Of a stretch of DNA of 64,000 nt, positions 39,164 through 49,209 are shown in pieces (positions within the stretch are counted from its first letter, which is position 1; every line of letters starts with the position of its first letter). Both the position numbers and the translations under genes were made by a program. Below the pieces are notes generated by a model that saw only the letters and a list, made by a program, of their open reading frames with translations, was not told the DNA's origin and made no database searches. The stretch covers positions 62,848 to 126,847 of the IMG/VR virus record IMGVR_UViG_3300034691_000040. One strand, written 5' to 3'. The DNA is from a virus.

Positions 39164-39625
39164 ATGTCGTCCAAAGAAATCTCCCCACGGATTCGCGAAA
39201 TTGCTGATGCACTGAAAGTCGGCGCCAGTGTCGATTCCGATACCGGCCTGGCCGTACTGACCGCCGCTCCTGATGTCTTCGCCCAATACCTCGCCACCGG
39301 CATCACCCTGGACACCGTCCTGCAAGTGCACGACGCTGGCATCGAATACGCTGAAGCCACCACCCTGGCCCACGGCGAGCTGCAACAAGACGCCATGGTC
39401 AAGAACCCTGAGCTGCAGAAAGGTCAGACCACCGTCAAGTTCGGCCATCACCAGATCGAATCGACCTACCGTCGCAAAGCTTCCGGCGTTGCCATGGGCA
39501 AGCCATGGGAAAAGTTCGGCATCGCTACCACCGACGTGCTGATCGCCTCCGGCCGCAAGAAAGGCGGCTACAACACCGTAGTTGGCTACCTGGGCGACGA
39601 AGCGGCCAAAGTCTTCGCTAACTAA
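39164..39625 (+). CDS. Conserved hypothetical protein, probably highly expressed (153 aa)
   Basis: SD AAGGA; extreme C/G-ending codon bias; bounded by its own leader and terminator. Confidence 0.8.
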   Translation: MSSKEISPRIREIADALKVGASVDSDTGLAVLTAAPDVFAQYLATGITLDTVLQVHDAGIEYAEATTLAHGELQQDAMVKNPELQKGQTTVKFGHHQIESTYRRKASGVAMGKPWEKFGIATTDVLIASGRKKGGYNTVVGYLGDEAAKVFAN

Positions 39626-39642
39626 GCGCCGGCTTGATTGAT

Positions 39643-39674
39643 ATACAGCCGGGGTAATTCCCGGCTGTATGCCG
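39643..39674 (+). terminator. Hairpin with TATGCCG
   Basis: 11-bp stem ATACAGCCGGG, loop GTAATT, T-rich tail. Confidence 0.7.
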
Positions 39675-39699
39675 TCTCTTTATTTTTAGAGGGTTTGTA

Positions 39700-40329
39700 A
39701 TGGCTATCTTGATTACAGTGGATACCGAGGAAGAGAAACAACAGGTACTGGAAGCCTCACGTCACTTCCACGACTCCAACATCGACACAGATATCCCCAT
39801 GGTCAACACCCTGTCTCATCTGCACATGGCCGCTCATCTGGTAGTCGTTAACCCAAGCGATGAGCTGAAAGATAAACGCACTGCCGAGCTTCTCCTGCAT
39901 TTCCGTGGAGGTGTGCAGGAAGACGATGCAAAGCCAATGGTTGGATCTCTTGACAATGTAGATTGGAGCAAGATCGCCAACCTACAGTCGACAAAACCAA
40001 ACGTGCTGATAGTCACCGATGACATTGGCAAGGGTAATGCGTTCGCCAAGCAGAAGTTTCCTGATCTCGAAGTTCTGCTCATCAACCCCTTTCTAAAACT
40101 CGACGGGTATGAGCAAGAAAAGGTTATTCTTTTGGTCATCCCTGAAGAAGATGTTCGGACGTTTAAAGGGACTTACGTTTCAGAAGAAAAGAAAATTGAA
40201 TGGTTTAAAGCCTCAATCTTCCATTACGAGGTTGGGATTCTGAATCGTTATATTTCTTCCCTAACCGTACCCTATTTCAACCACTGCTGCGTATTGGTAG
40301 CTGGTAAAGAAGATTCATTCGCCCTCTAA
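39700..40329 (+). CDS. Hypothetical protein (209 aa)
   Basis: SD AGAGGG. Confidence 0.7.
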   Translation: MAILITVDTEEEKQQVLEASRHFHDSNIDTDIPMVNTLSHLHMAAHLVVVNPSDELKDKRTAELLLHFRGGVQEDDAKPMVGSLDNVDWSKIANLQSTKPNVLIVTDDIGKGNAFAKQKFPDLEVLLINPFLKLDGYEQEKVILLVIPEEDVRTFKGTYVSEEKKIEWFKASIFHYEVGILNRYISSLTVPYFNHCCVLVAGKEDSFAL

Positions 40330-40343
40330 CAAGGATTACGCCC

Positions 40344-40661
40344 ATGTCCCGTCAATCTCGTTACGATGCATCCTTTCCCGCCCTGGAGAAACGCATCTTA
40401 GAAACCTTAGGAATCTCTGTGGTGTTCCGCCTTGATCCTACAGCCGAAGTGTTTGCAGACCAGCGCGAAATCATCGCTGCGCTGAAAGGCAGCCACACCG
40501 TGTCGATTGCACGCAAAAAGCTTATCACGCTTCTGGCTAATGGTGGCTTCGGCCATCGTGGTCAAGCAAACAACTGGATTCTTAATGCCAACCACATCGT
40601 GTTTATCGGTACCGATGGCCGGCAACACGGTGGTGGTCAGGCTCTTTGGTCCGGCATCTAA
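40344..40661 (+). CDS. Hypothetical protein (105 aa)
   Basis: SD AAGGA. Confidence 0.7.
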   Translation: MSRQSRYDASFPALEKRILETLGISVVFRLDPTAEVFADQREIIAALKGSHTVSIARKKLITLLANGGFGHRGQANNWILNANHIVFIGTDGRQHGGGQALWSGI

Positions 40662-40678
40662 CCCAAACTGAAACAGAT

Positions 40679-40718
40679 ACCAGAGCTTCGGCTCTGGTGT
40701 TACCTCTTTCTTTTTTTT
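40679..40718 (+). terminator. Intrinsic terminator
   Basis: ACCAGAGC-TTCG-GCTCTGGT followed by a T-run. Confidence 0.8.
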
Positions 40719-40730
40719 GTCCGATTACGG

Positions 40731-40761
40731 CATAACGCCCGGCATTGCGCCGGGCTTTATG
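40731..40761. terminator. CATA/TATG-flanked hairpin at a convergent junction
   Basis: 13-position stem with one mismatch, loop ATTGC. Confidence 0.7.
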
Positions 40762-40771
40762 TTTGTTCGTG

Positions 40772-41641
40772 TTACGGCGAGATCTGGGTACGCTTGAGCT
40801 GGCTGATTTGTTCGTGGAAACCGGTTTGAATGGAAGCCACGTTCGAATCTACAGCTTTCACGAAGTTCGGCTGGTACTGTGGATCGATGTTGCCGACACG
40901 TGCAGCGTCCATGAACCCCTTCGCCAGCAGGTCTACCGCGTAACCCACTTTCTGATACCCAGTCCAGGTCAGGTTGTAGGTTACGGTTTCACCATCACCC
41001 TGGAGGACTTTCTGCGAGGTGTTCTCGCCGATGTCGTCACGAGGCCAGAAGTTGGTGATGAGGTAGGCGTTCTGAGGCGTCATCCACAGGCGATCCGGTT
41101 CGTAGAACAGGATGGTGCCGCCGTACATGTCAGCCAGGTGGTCAGTAAACGAACTGTTCACCCCGGACAACAGTGGATGGATCACGTCCGGGTCGCCGAT
41201 GGTGTAGCGAACCATGTCTTCCAGGAAGCGGATGACTGGCTTGCCGTATTTCTCGACGATGGTCGAACTGACCTGCGAACGTGCGCGCGATACGCGACCT
41301 GGTGTACTGAAGACCTCACCCGAGTTACCGATTTGGGTATCTTGCGCCGACACGTTCAGTGTGCGGTTCAGACCACCCCAACCTTGCATCCAGGTTTCGA
41401 TCAACATCTTGTACGCAGCAACGTATGCTGCGCCGTTCGGCATCAGAGCCAAAGCCGTCGGTGCCTGAATCACTTTGGCAATGAGGTTTGGCTTGATGAA
41501 ATCCGTCATCGACGGATAGAACGCCATGTCATGCAAGTACCCGTTAGGGCCTTGTACAGCAAGGTTGGTCACAGGGCTTTGAGCGCGAGCGCCGTAGGCC
41601 TTGTTCGTCAAGCTGTCTTTATAACGGGTTGTGCTGCTCAT
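40772..41641 (-). CDS. Tail tube protein (phiKZ gp30-like)
   Basis: 289 aa directly downstream of the sheath gene; size and synteny. Confidence 0.8.
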   Translation of the reverse strand: MSSTTRYKDSLTNKAYGARAQSPVTNLAVQGPNGYLHDMAFYPSMTDFIKPNLIAKVIQAPTALALMPNGAAYVAAYKMLIETWMQGWGGLNRTLNVSAQDTQIGNSGEVFSTPGRVSRARSQVSSTIVEKYGKPVIRFLEDMVRYTIGDPDVIHPLLSGVNSSFTDHLADMYGGTILFYEPDRLWMTPQNAYLITNFWPRDDIGENTSQKVLQGDGETVTYNLTWTGYQKVGYAVDLLAKGFMDAARVGNIDPQYQPNFVKAVDSNVASIQTGFHEQISQLKRTQISP

Positions 41642-43716
41642 GCTTCACCCTCCGAAGCGTTACGGCGGCGTTGGGCGATGATCTGAAGACGTTCAACAGT
41701 CTTCATGTTCTGACCAGCCATGCCGATGTCCAAATGCCACGAGAAACCACCGGAATCATCCGCGTTGTAATACGCGTTTGGTGTGATGTCAACACGACCG
41801 TCATACTTGCCAGTTGTTTTCTCAGTGACCTTGGCGTTCACGTCGTCCAGGAACACGTCGTCCGGAGTTTCGTCATCGCCAGCCTGCTCGCGCCACACGA
41901 TGTTACCGATGCGGGTCAAGTTGCAAGCGATCACTACGTTCAGGTACGAGTGAAGGATCGAGGTGTGGTTTTCGTGAATCGACTGCACGCCAGGCCAGAA
42001 CAGACGGCTCATGTCGTAGCCGATAGCCAGGTTCAGACCGTTGTTCCAGTCTGGGTTGCGGGCTTCGTCGGTACGGAACCGCACGTTGTGATCACGATAA
42101 CGGGTGATGGTCGTTTTCTCGCCCTTGCCGAAGCTGTAGGTCGATTTCATTTCACCGTCTTCAGCGCCCAGATACTTGGCGCCCAGGATCAGCAGATATT
42201 CCATGAACGGAACCAGGCCGTCATAGTCATCGTTGATCAGGTAGCCGGCGTTACCGGTGAAGCACACGCGAGTGGTCGGAGTGCCGGAGTCAGTGCTTTC
42301 CACCAGGCTACGGAACGTCGAGCGAAGCGTGATACCGATCGAGGCATCTTCTTCAGGCGTGTTCAGACGCTTCAGCACGTCTTGGGTGCAGATGTGAGGC
42401 ATGACGTCAGGACGCAGGTTATGGAACGCTGCGAACTTCAGTTTGGTCGCCACCGGGAAACCCGAGTCGAACACGGAGTCATACGGCATCAACGCGATCG
42501 ACGCATATGGCACGTCGGACGCACTGAGATCGGACAACAGGGTATCAACAACCTGGTTGTATGCCTCAGTGCTTGTATCGCCATCAGCACCGCCCACCAT
42601 GTAATGGTTGGACGATTCGCCGAACATCAGGCCGCCTTTATCAGGACCTTCAACCGACAACGTGTGGTACGGGTTACCGTTGATGTCAACGCCGGTGAGG
42701 AAGTTGATCATGTCAGGTGTGGTTGGGGTGGTGTTCCCCAGGTGCGCGTCTTCAGCCGCAGCGATCAGAGTCAACATCTCGGTGATCGAAGCGTTATAGA
42801 CGTGCAGCTTTTCCAACGGGCCAAAAGCAGTGAAGGTCAGCGGGTCGGTGGACTCGTACGCCGGGATGATCACCTTGTCGGCCGAATATTGCAGCCCGGT
42901 GCTTTTGTTAATGGTGCCTTTCTTGAACGTGAAGTCAATAGTGGCCGCGTTGTTGATCGTACGGATCTGTGTAGCGGTCGATGCCGAATCAGCACGTTGA
43001 ACGAACTGCATGGTGTACACGTACGAACCAACAGCGGCATGCACGGTTTCATCGGCCGGGATGCTGGAGTTGATAGTACGAGCGATCAGACGACTGCCGA
43101 GGTTGTTACCTTTGTCGCCTTCGAACCGAGCTGCTTCGTCCATTACTGGATAAAGAGCCGATACCGCGCCGTCGATGCTGGACACCAGGGTGCCAACACT
43201 TTTTGCAGCCGCGCCGAAAGTCGATTCGTTAGTCGTGGCATCCGGAAGGATGTCGAGCTTGCGATGTTGCACGCGGAAACCCAGAGCGGTAGCACCGGTA
43301 GGGATTTTATTCCCTTGAGCGTCGTACTTCAGGCTGTTGTCAGCATTACGTTCATACAGCGGGATCTGGTCAGCAACCAGGTCTACTGCGAAACGAGCGT
43401 GAGCCTGTTTAGCGCCCGGCATTTTCATGCGGACGGTCAGAGCCTTACCGGTGTTCGACAATTGCGAACGCAGGAACAGCGACTGGTGGTTGAACCACTT
43501 GGACAGAGGCTGCAAAGTTTCTGCGCCGTAGTACGTGGTGACGGCGGCCGTGTCGACATAACGAGCACGATCGTATTCACCCCACGGGGCGTTTACCAGG
43601 AGCAACGGCAAACGAATCGGGAGGCTTTCTGCTGGTGCCACGATCGGCACTGGCGTGTCATCTTTGATGCCCTTGTTAATCACACGAGGCAATGAACTGC
43701 TCGTTGGTACGGTCAT
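41638..43716 (-). CDS. Tail sheath protein (phiKZ gp29-like)
   Basis: ATG 43716 with SD GGGAG; GIKDDT, PIRLP, YDSGFP-like YDSVFDSGFP, FWPGVQSI motifs; strong codon bias. Confidence 0.85.
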   Translation of the reverse strand: MTVPTSSSLPRVINKGIKDDTPVPIVAPAESLPIRLPLLLVNAPWGEYDRARYVDTAAVTTYYGAETLQPLSKWFNHQSLFLRSQLSNTGKALTVRMKMPGAKQAHARFAVDLVADQIPLYERNADNSLKYDAQGNKIPTGATALGFRVQHRKLDILPDATTNESTFGAAAKSVGTLVSSIDGAVSALYPVMDEAARFEGDKGNNLGSRLIARTINSSIPADETVHAAVGSYVYTMQFVQRADSASTATQIRTINNAATIDFTFKKGTINKSTGLQYSADKVIIPAYESTDPLTFTAFGPLEKLHVYNASITEMLTLIAAAEDAHLGNTTPTTPDMINFLTGVDINGNPYHTLSVEGPDKGGLMFGESSNHYMVGGADGDTSTEAYNQVVDTLLSDLSASDVPYASIALMPYDSVFDSGFPVATKLKFAAFHNLRPDVMPHICTQDVLKRLNTPEEDASIGITLRSTFRSLVESTDSGTPTTRVCFTGNAGYLINDDYDGLVPFMEYLLILGAKYLGAEDGEMKSTYSFGKGEKTTITRYRDHNVRFRTDEARNPDWNNGLNLAIGYDMSRLFWPGVQSIHENHTSILHSYLNVVIACNLTRIGNIVWREQAGDDETPDDVFLDDVNAKVTEKTTGKYDGRVDITPNAYYNADDSGGFSWHLDIGMAGQNMKTVERLQIIAQRRRNASEGEA

Positions 43717-43859
43717 GGTGTTACTCCCGAGTGGATTCTGCGCAGAACCTTTCAAGGATGGTATGGTTAGCTGTCTCCCAGCGGAGTCAGCATACTATTT
43801 TGTTTTTTACAGGGTGTCTTTGGTAATTATTTATTTCGTGTATATAGGAGACAAGAGCA

Positions 43860-44759
43860 ATGTTCGAAACCCCATACCAGACGACCCCATGCGTCAGATT
43901 CGTCATGGATAAAACCCACGCAGCTATTCGCCGTTTGGAAATCGAGGATCAGTTACTCACACTGGACGGATCAGTGACTGGCGTTAAAGCCGTCCCTCCA
44001 GGCGAGCAAGGCTTTCCTCCCTTCGGCCAACCCATTACCTCTAAGCAAATTGCTTCACTTCAAGCACCCTGTGTTATCGACGGCCGTCAGCTGTTTCGCA
44101 ATGATGGACGACCTGTCTTACAAAACGTTGTTGACCACGCGATTTTGAACGCTGACCTTACCACCCTTTGGTTCCGTGACGGTGCGCCGTTTCGAAAAGA
44201 CCTCTTGAACCTAGGTGCATTCCCCATCAAAGTATTCTCTAACTGGATGGGTAATCGGATCGCGCTGGGTCTGTCACTGGACTTCGGTCAAGCCAGTATC
44301 GTCAAAGCGATGATCTGCGTTTACTACATCCAGATGTGTACACCTTTGTCAGATCATCCTACCGCCGATGAGATCGAACGTCTCATTATTCGTGCTGCTC
44401 GCTCCATTCCAGGCGTAGATGCCAATACATTGCAGAACGTATTGGGTGAGATTCCTAAGCTCACAGACCTGAAAAGTTTTGTGGATTGGGTTCACGAAAA
44501 ACTTGATACACCTCGCGCCGAACAACTCAACATCGGTTTCATTTATACGGCGTTGGGATTCAGCTGGGGCGTGCAGTATCGTGAAATGGTTGCCATCGCT
44601 TTGGAATACCCACCTACCTTTATTGCACTTCTTTTCTCCTCGGTAAATGACCGTGGTTTCAAGAAGACCAGTTTGGGTAAGGTGGTTGAGAACCTTGTCT
44701 CGCGTGGCGACGACCAGGAATTTATCAAGAACGTGAATCACCTTATCGGCCGGAGATAA
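43860..44759 (+). CDS. Virion protein (phiKZ gp28-like)
   Basis: MFETPYQTTPC start; SD AGGAG; divergent from the sheath gene. Confidence 0.65.
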   Translation: MFETPYQTTPCVRFVMDKTHAAIRRLEIEDQLLTLDGSVTGVKAVPPGEQGFPPFGQPITSKQIASLQAPCVIDGRQLFRNDGRPVLQNVVDHAILNADLTTLWFRDGAPFRKDLLNLGAFPIKVFSNWMGNRIALGLSLDFGQASIVKAMICVYYIQMCTPLSDHPTADEIERLIIRAARSIPGVDANTLQNVLGEIPKLTDLKSFVDWVHEKLDTPRAEQLNIGFIYTALGFSWGVQYREMVAIALEYPPTFIALLFSSVNDRGFKKTSLGKVVENLVSRGDDQEFIKNVNHLIGRR

Positions 44760-44762
44760 TCA

Positions 44763-47387
44763 ATGGTCAGTTCAACCGACTTTTTGGTAGACGACGCGTA
44801 TCGTCGAGTCTGGTGCAGCCCTGAACAAGACCGTCAGAAAATCGTCGGTCCTAAGCGCTTCAGTAAACGCCAGGGTGAGATCGGTAATGTAAAGATCGGC
44901 ATGCGTCAGTACAACATGCCGACCACTGGGCAGTGGTATCACTTGTTCATGATTGGGGATCTGCTGCCTGAACAAGTCGGCATGAACACCATCGTGGATA
45001 AGTGGGTGATGGTGCAAGGGCATTGCAATGCAACCTCACTGCTAGTCAACCTTTATACTGACAAAGGACTACACATTCCTTTGCACAGGGCGTACTTTCT
45101 GTATACCCGTACTGGCGCATTGATCTTGGCCATTCTGGACAGTCCGAAGATTGCTCATTTCGGCCTGGTGCAGCCGTGGATCAGGTGGCGCAGCAACGCG
45201 TGGTTCGACAGTGGCGCTGTTCCAAAGAACGGTGGTATTGAAATCAATGGCCTCTCGCCAAAAACAGAAGCTGAGTTTTATCAGTTCCAGGCAACCTACC
45301 GCGCAGCACAGGCGAAGATTGGGTATACCTGGGCTTTTGTAAACGGGGTAAGGGTCAAGGATCTGAACCTGACTACGCTTGCTTTAGGCGACTACGTGGA
45401 GTTTGTACGCGATGCTTCAGTTAAGGAAGTACTGGAGATTCCGGTCAAGGATCTCAAAAGTTTCGATAGTATCCTGGATAATCGAGGAAAGTATCTATTG
45501 CCTCGTCCGGGTCTGGGCAGTGTCATTGATTACGCTGATGACATTGACGTCTACGTTCTGAACTATTCGCTACCCGCCAAGTTCACGGGTTTTTACTACA
45601 ACCAGAACCAGATTGATGCCGTGCGTAACGTCACCCATCGTGACTTCGCTATTGCTCAAATGTATTTGAGAAAGGGTATCGAGGAATACTGGCAGTGGAG
45701 CTACTTGAGCGATTTGCGGATTGAAGTGATCGTCAGACACAGCGGCTGGATTCGGGAATTGGTCGATGAGGCTCATCGAATCAAAGAGTTGTTTAAGCTG
45801 GATGAAGATGAGCGGCTAAAGGTCATGTTGACCTCAGTAGCTGGCGTCGACGTATGGCGTGCCGATAACCTTGAAAACAGCGCTTATCCTGCGATCATGC
45901 GTGCAGAAGATGGCAAGATCACTCGCCAGATGGCAGAAGATGCTTACGGCTATAATGCCATGAGTCGTCTGATCGGTGATACGCCTTTCAAACTTGCTGT
46001 CAGTGAGAAGTGGGTGAAGTTACCCTTTGGCCTGATCGGTACGGCTACCGTTTACGAGTATGACCAGGCTGGGTTGTTGACAGGCTGGTACCTGCACGAT
46101 AACTCCATCGAATACCCTGTGCGTAACACTTCGACGCGTTATATCGAAGCGTACAGTGGTAAAGGTGGTCTTGGTCTGAGCACGGTCTACGATACGAAAA
46201 CCGTACCCTTGGAATTTGGTGTTGATTACAGGTTCTACATCTGCAACATCGCCAATGGCGTATCGCTGAACAACTGGACCGACTGCACAGGTGACCTGAC
46301 CAAGTACTCGATCGCCAACGGTGTTGTCACATGGGGGGTTGATTTAAAGACCCATCACGTAGCCGTCAAGAACAGCAAGGACTTCCTGTCCTACTCGTTT
46401 GATGTCAATTACCGAGATGACCTGCTGGCATTCTCTGTGAACGTTAACGAGATCAAAGTGGGCACTACCCCAGCACCTGGGATCATGGATATCCCACCAG
46501 GTGAGTTTGATCTGTTCATGAACCAACATGGTCTTGTCGAAGGAATCGACTACTACGTTGAATGGCCGATGATCTGCGTGTGTGCTAAGCAGTACATGGT
46601 CGATGGTCCGATCCAGGAGTTCGTGGCTCGCGGAAGAGGGTTCCCTCACAAGGACCTATCCCGGTACGTTCCTAAAGACTTTGGCTTTGTGAAGTACGGC
46701 GAACTCAGCCACAATGGCCGGTTTAATGTGCGTGACGATAAAGTGACGCGTATTGAGATTGGCGGTGCGATGTATAGCCGTGATGAAGTCGGGTTTACGG
46801 AAGATGGGACCACGGTGGCGGTCGATGTGCGTAATGGCACGCCGTACCGTATCACCCACCCCATCATTCCAATGCAGGGACTGGCGGTCAAGGATACCTA
46901 CACATTGCTGGCTGAAGCTGAGGCGACTGACCAAGCGGTGGAGGACTACCTGACAATGCTGCTGCCGGAACCCGTAGAGTCATTGCCTGACGCGATCATC
47001 AACGGTTGGTACCCGGTCTTCAGCCCGTTTGCAACAAAGCTTATCTTTGACATGCTCAACGGCATCTTGCCGATGGATGAGTTTAAGGATGAGTATTCCA
47101 AAGACTGGCTGAAACAGCGACTGATTGGTTATACGTGGATCTTGCCATTCGATCCAACGCTTAAAAACGTTGACACCAATTACGTCATCATTCATCCGCA
47201 TCCTGAAAATGGTGTGATTGAATTGAATGTGTACCAGTACCGGCTTTTGGAAAGGGCCATCGATGTGTTTTTGGGTGGTGGTATCGAACTTAACCGTCGG
47301 TTGGTTATCGTCGAGGAAGGGTTCGAGCACTATCAGGAAGATCACCCTCATCCTCACCGCACCTGGGCTGAGTTGGGGCTTTCTTAA
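44763..47387 (+). CDS. Baseplate protein (phiKZ gp27-like)
   Basis: 874 aa; beta-rich; synteny. Confidence 0.65.
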   Translation: MVSSTDFLVDDAYRRVWCSPEQDRQKIVGPKRFSKRQGEIGNVKIGMRQYNMPTTGQWYHLFMIGDLLPEQVGMNTIVDKWVMVQGHCNATSLLVNLYTDKGLHIPLHRAYFLYTRTGALILAILDSPKIAHFGLVQPWIRWRSNAWFDSGAVPKNGGIEINGLSPKTEAEFYQFQATYRAAQAKIGYTWAFVNGVRVKDLNLTTLALGDYVEFVRDASVKEVLEIPVKDLKSFDSILDNRGKYLLPRPGLGSVIDYADDIDVYVLNYSLPAKFTGFYYNQNQIDAVRNVTHRDFAIAQMYLRKGIEEYWQWSYLSDLRIEVIVRHSGWIRELVDEAHRIKELFKLDEDERLKVMLTSVAGVDVWRADNLENSAYPAIMRAEDGKITRQMAEDAYGYNAMSRLIGDTPFKLAVSEKWVKLPFGLIGTATVYEYDQAGLLTGWYLHDNSIEYPVRNTSTRYIEAYSGKGGLGLSTVYDTKTVPLEFGVDYRFYICNIANGVSLNNWTDCTGDLTKYSIANGVVTWGVDLKTHHVAVKNSKDFLSYSFDVNYRDDLLAFSVNVNEIKVGTTPAPGIMDIPPGEFDLFMNQHGLVEGIDYYVEWPMICVCAKQYMVDGPIQEFVARGRGFPHKDLSRYVPKDFGFVKYGELSHNGRFNVRDDKVTRIEIGGAMYSRDEVGFTEDGTTVAVDVRNGTPYRITHPIIPMQGLAVKDTYTLLAEAEATDQAVEDYLTMLLPEPVESLPDAIINGWYPVFSPFATKLIFDMLNGILPMDEFKDEYSKDWLKQRLIGYTWILPFDPTLKNVDTNYVIIHPHPENGVIELNVYQYRLLERAIDVFLGGGIELNRRLVIVEEGFEHYQEDHPHPHRTWAELGLS

Positions 47388-47393
47388 ATCCGC

Positions 47394-47413
47394 ATGGGAG
47401 GGTAACCTCCCAT
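47394..47413. repeat. Hairpin ATGGGAGG-GTAA-CCTCCCAT
   Basis: Perfect 8-bp stem with GNRA loop; near-identical copy at 49161. Confidence 0.75.
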
Positions 47414-47432
47414 CGTACCGAGTCAAACAAAC

Positions 47433-49151
47433 ATGGCTGATATTAAAAAGCTGCTGAGTAACGGCGACACGGTCATCATTCCTGATCGCGCCAACACTGT
47501 GCTCAATTTGCAAGATTTGTACAAGTATCGGCTGGTAGATAGCGGTGCTGAAATCATCCGCGGGGCGGGCAATCTCGTTCCTAAACAGGACGATTTGATT
47601 TACGACTACTCGATCGGCTTGATGCGCGCTGCACGAGTCGATGAATCCGATTATCACGTTGACTTGGTTGGTTGGAAGATGCCAAGTAATTCTGGCAGCG
47701 TCGATGGTCAAGACGAACTGTTGGGTGAAGGTCCTGGTTCTCAGAGTGAAAGCTATCGCGTCATGGTCGACACGCGTAAGTTCCCCTACACTTTGGATAT
47801 CAACTCACGGATGCGGGCTTACTCCGATACCGCCAAAGAGATCCGGGTATTCAGAGGGTCTGATCCATCTCCAACCGGCGAGATCATTTCGGCTAACTAC
47901 GACCCAGCTACCAAAGAGTATCTGGGCGACGCTATCCCAATGAAGCTGGTGGGTACAGTTGAGGTGAACAACCTCGGCATCATGGCGCCTGTATCGGGTT
48001 ACACAACCGCCGAGTTGAAGAATGGTGCTCCAGTTACAGTGGTGACGTACAACACCGCGGGTTCGCCAATCGACATTGCCCGCATGTTGGTCCACTTGAC
48101 AAACGTGGTCCGCCATCCTGACGATTACTCGAAACGCGTTAAGTCGATTGAGCTCATCAGCCCGTATCTGTCTAAGACAGAGCCTGGTGTATTGGAAGTG
48201 CCGATTGACGCCACTGTGGCTACGCTGTCGCTGCGCGCAATGGTAACGTATACCAACGGCCTGACAAGCATTCAAGACGTCGTAGACGAGAACGCAAACG
48301 GCAAGTTCAAATTGCTGAGTCTGATGTACTGGTCTCCACAGATTCCGGGTGACGAACAGACGCTTGAACTGATCTACGAACTGTCTGAAGGTGAGGAATA
48401 CTCCTACCTTCAAGGTGAAACTGCCAATGGTGCAGTTCGTGTTCCGTACAAGATCCGCGCCGTCGCCAAAGACCCAGCGTTCACTCTGAAGCTGTTCTCC
48501 TACCCTGTTTGGAAGAACTCAACTCAGGGCTATGTGCTGGAGCACTGGATCTGTGACCTGGCTCGACAAGTGACTCGCCGGGCACCTGCTGCCGCTGTAT
48601 CGTTGGTTGATGGTTTTGGTGCATTCGATGGCCTTGACTACCTGACCAATCAGCGTATCCGTTTCGGTGTCGATCTGTCGGTTGTCGATCCTGCGTACGC
48701 CGGTCACACGTTTGCCCAGTTGGTGCAGATCTCGCTGCTGCGTGATGCAGGAATCGCAGGCACGACTAACTGGAAGATCAAGTTCTCCGGCAACCAGGCC
48801 AATTGGTATGGTGATTCCCTGCAAGCCAGTGTGACTGCAGCGGGCTCAGGTCTGTCCACCATCAACGTGGGTAACGACCTGGGCGATCAAGCCACCTGGT
48901 TTGATAAAGTCTATTACAACAGCGCTCCTTTGTACGATATCCAAACTGAAAACAAAGCGCCTGAACCGACCCACTTTGTGGTCGTCACTAAAACACGGGA
49001 GTTTGAATTCCCTGTGTCGCAGTGGAACCAGAACTTGACGTTCGTTAACGATTTGACCGAAGGTCAGGTTGTTTACCTTAAATGGATCAAACGTACGTTT
49101 AACTCGGTTCTGCAACTGGGCGTGAGTGGTTTGATCGTTCACGGGGTTTAA
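47433..49151 (+). CDS. Baseplate/virion protein (phiKZ gp26-like)
   Basis: 572 aa; synteny upstream of the terminase. Confidence 0.65.
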   Translation: MADIKKLLSNGDTVIIPDRANTVLNLQDLYKYRLVDSGAEIIRGAGNLVPKQDDLIYDYSIGLMRAARVDESDYHVDLVGWKMPSNSGSVDGQDELLGEGPGSQSESYRVMVDTRKFPYTLDINSRMRAYSDTAKEIRVFRGSDPSPTGEIISANYDPATKEYLGDAIPMKLVGTVEVNNLGIMAPVSGYTTAELKNGAPVTVVTYNTAGSPIDIARMLVHLTNVVRHPDDYSKRVKSIELISPYLSKTEPGVLEVPIDATVATLSLRAMVTYTNGLTSIQDVVDENANGKFKLLSLMYWSPQIPGDEQTLELIYELSEGEEYSYLQGETANGAVRVPYKIRAVAKDPAFTLKLFSYPVWKNSTQGYVLEHWICDLARQVTRRAPAAAVSLVDGFGAFDGLDYLTNQRIRFGVDLSVVDPAYAGHTFAQLVQISLLRDAGIAGTTNWKIKFSGNQANWYGDSLQASVTAAGSGLSTINVGNDLGDQATWFDKVYYNSAPLYDIQTENKAPEPTHFVVVTKTREFEFPVSQWNQNLTFVNDLTEGQVVYLKWIKRTFNSVLQLGVSGLIVHGV

Positions 49152-49160
49152 ATGTCTCAG

Positions 49161-49198
49161 CCATGGGAGGGTGACCTCCCATGGTCGTTACTATGCCG
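49161..49198. repeat. Hairpin CCATGGGAGG-GTGA-CCTCCCATGG followed by TATGCCG
   Basis: Perfect 10-bp stem; TATGCCG at 49192-49198. Confidence 0.75.
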
Positions 49199-49209
49199 CA
49201 GGAGCATTC

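Noticed and set aside
41629-43695. 688-aa + strand ORF antisense to the sheath gene, and 40745..41686 antisense to the tube gene
   Set aside because: Mirror frames of strongly codon-biased genes that avoid TTA/CTA/TCA; no SD, no motifs, unnatural composition.
49171-49209. Upstream GTG start for terminase (also 18904 for the baseplate gene and 43755 for the sheath)
   Set aside because: These starts lack an SD or fall inside hairpins; downstream ATGs have canonical SDs.
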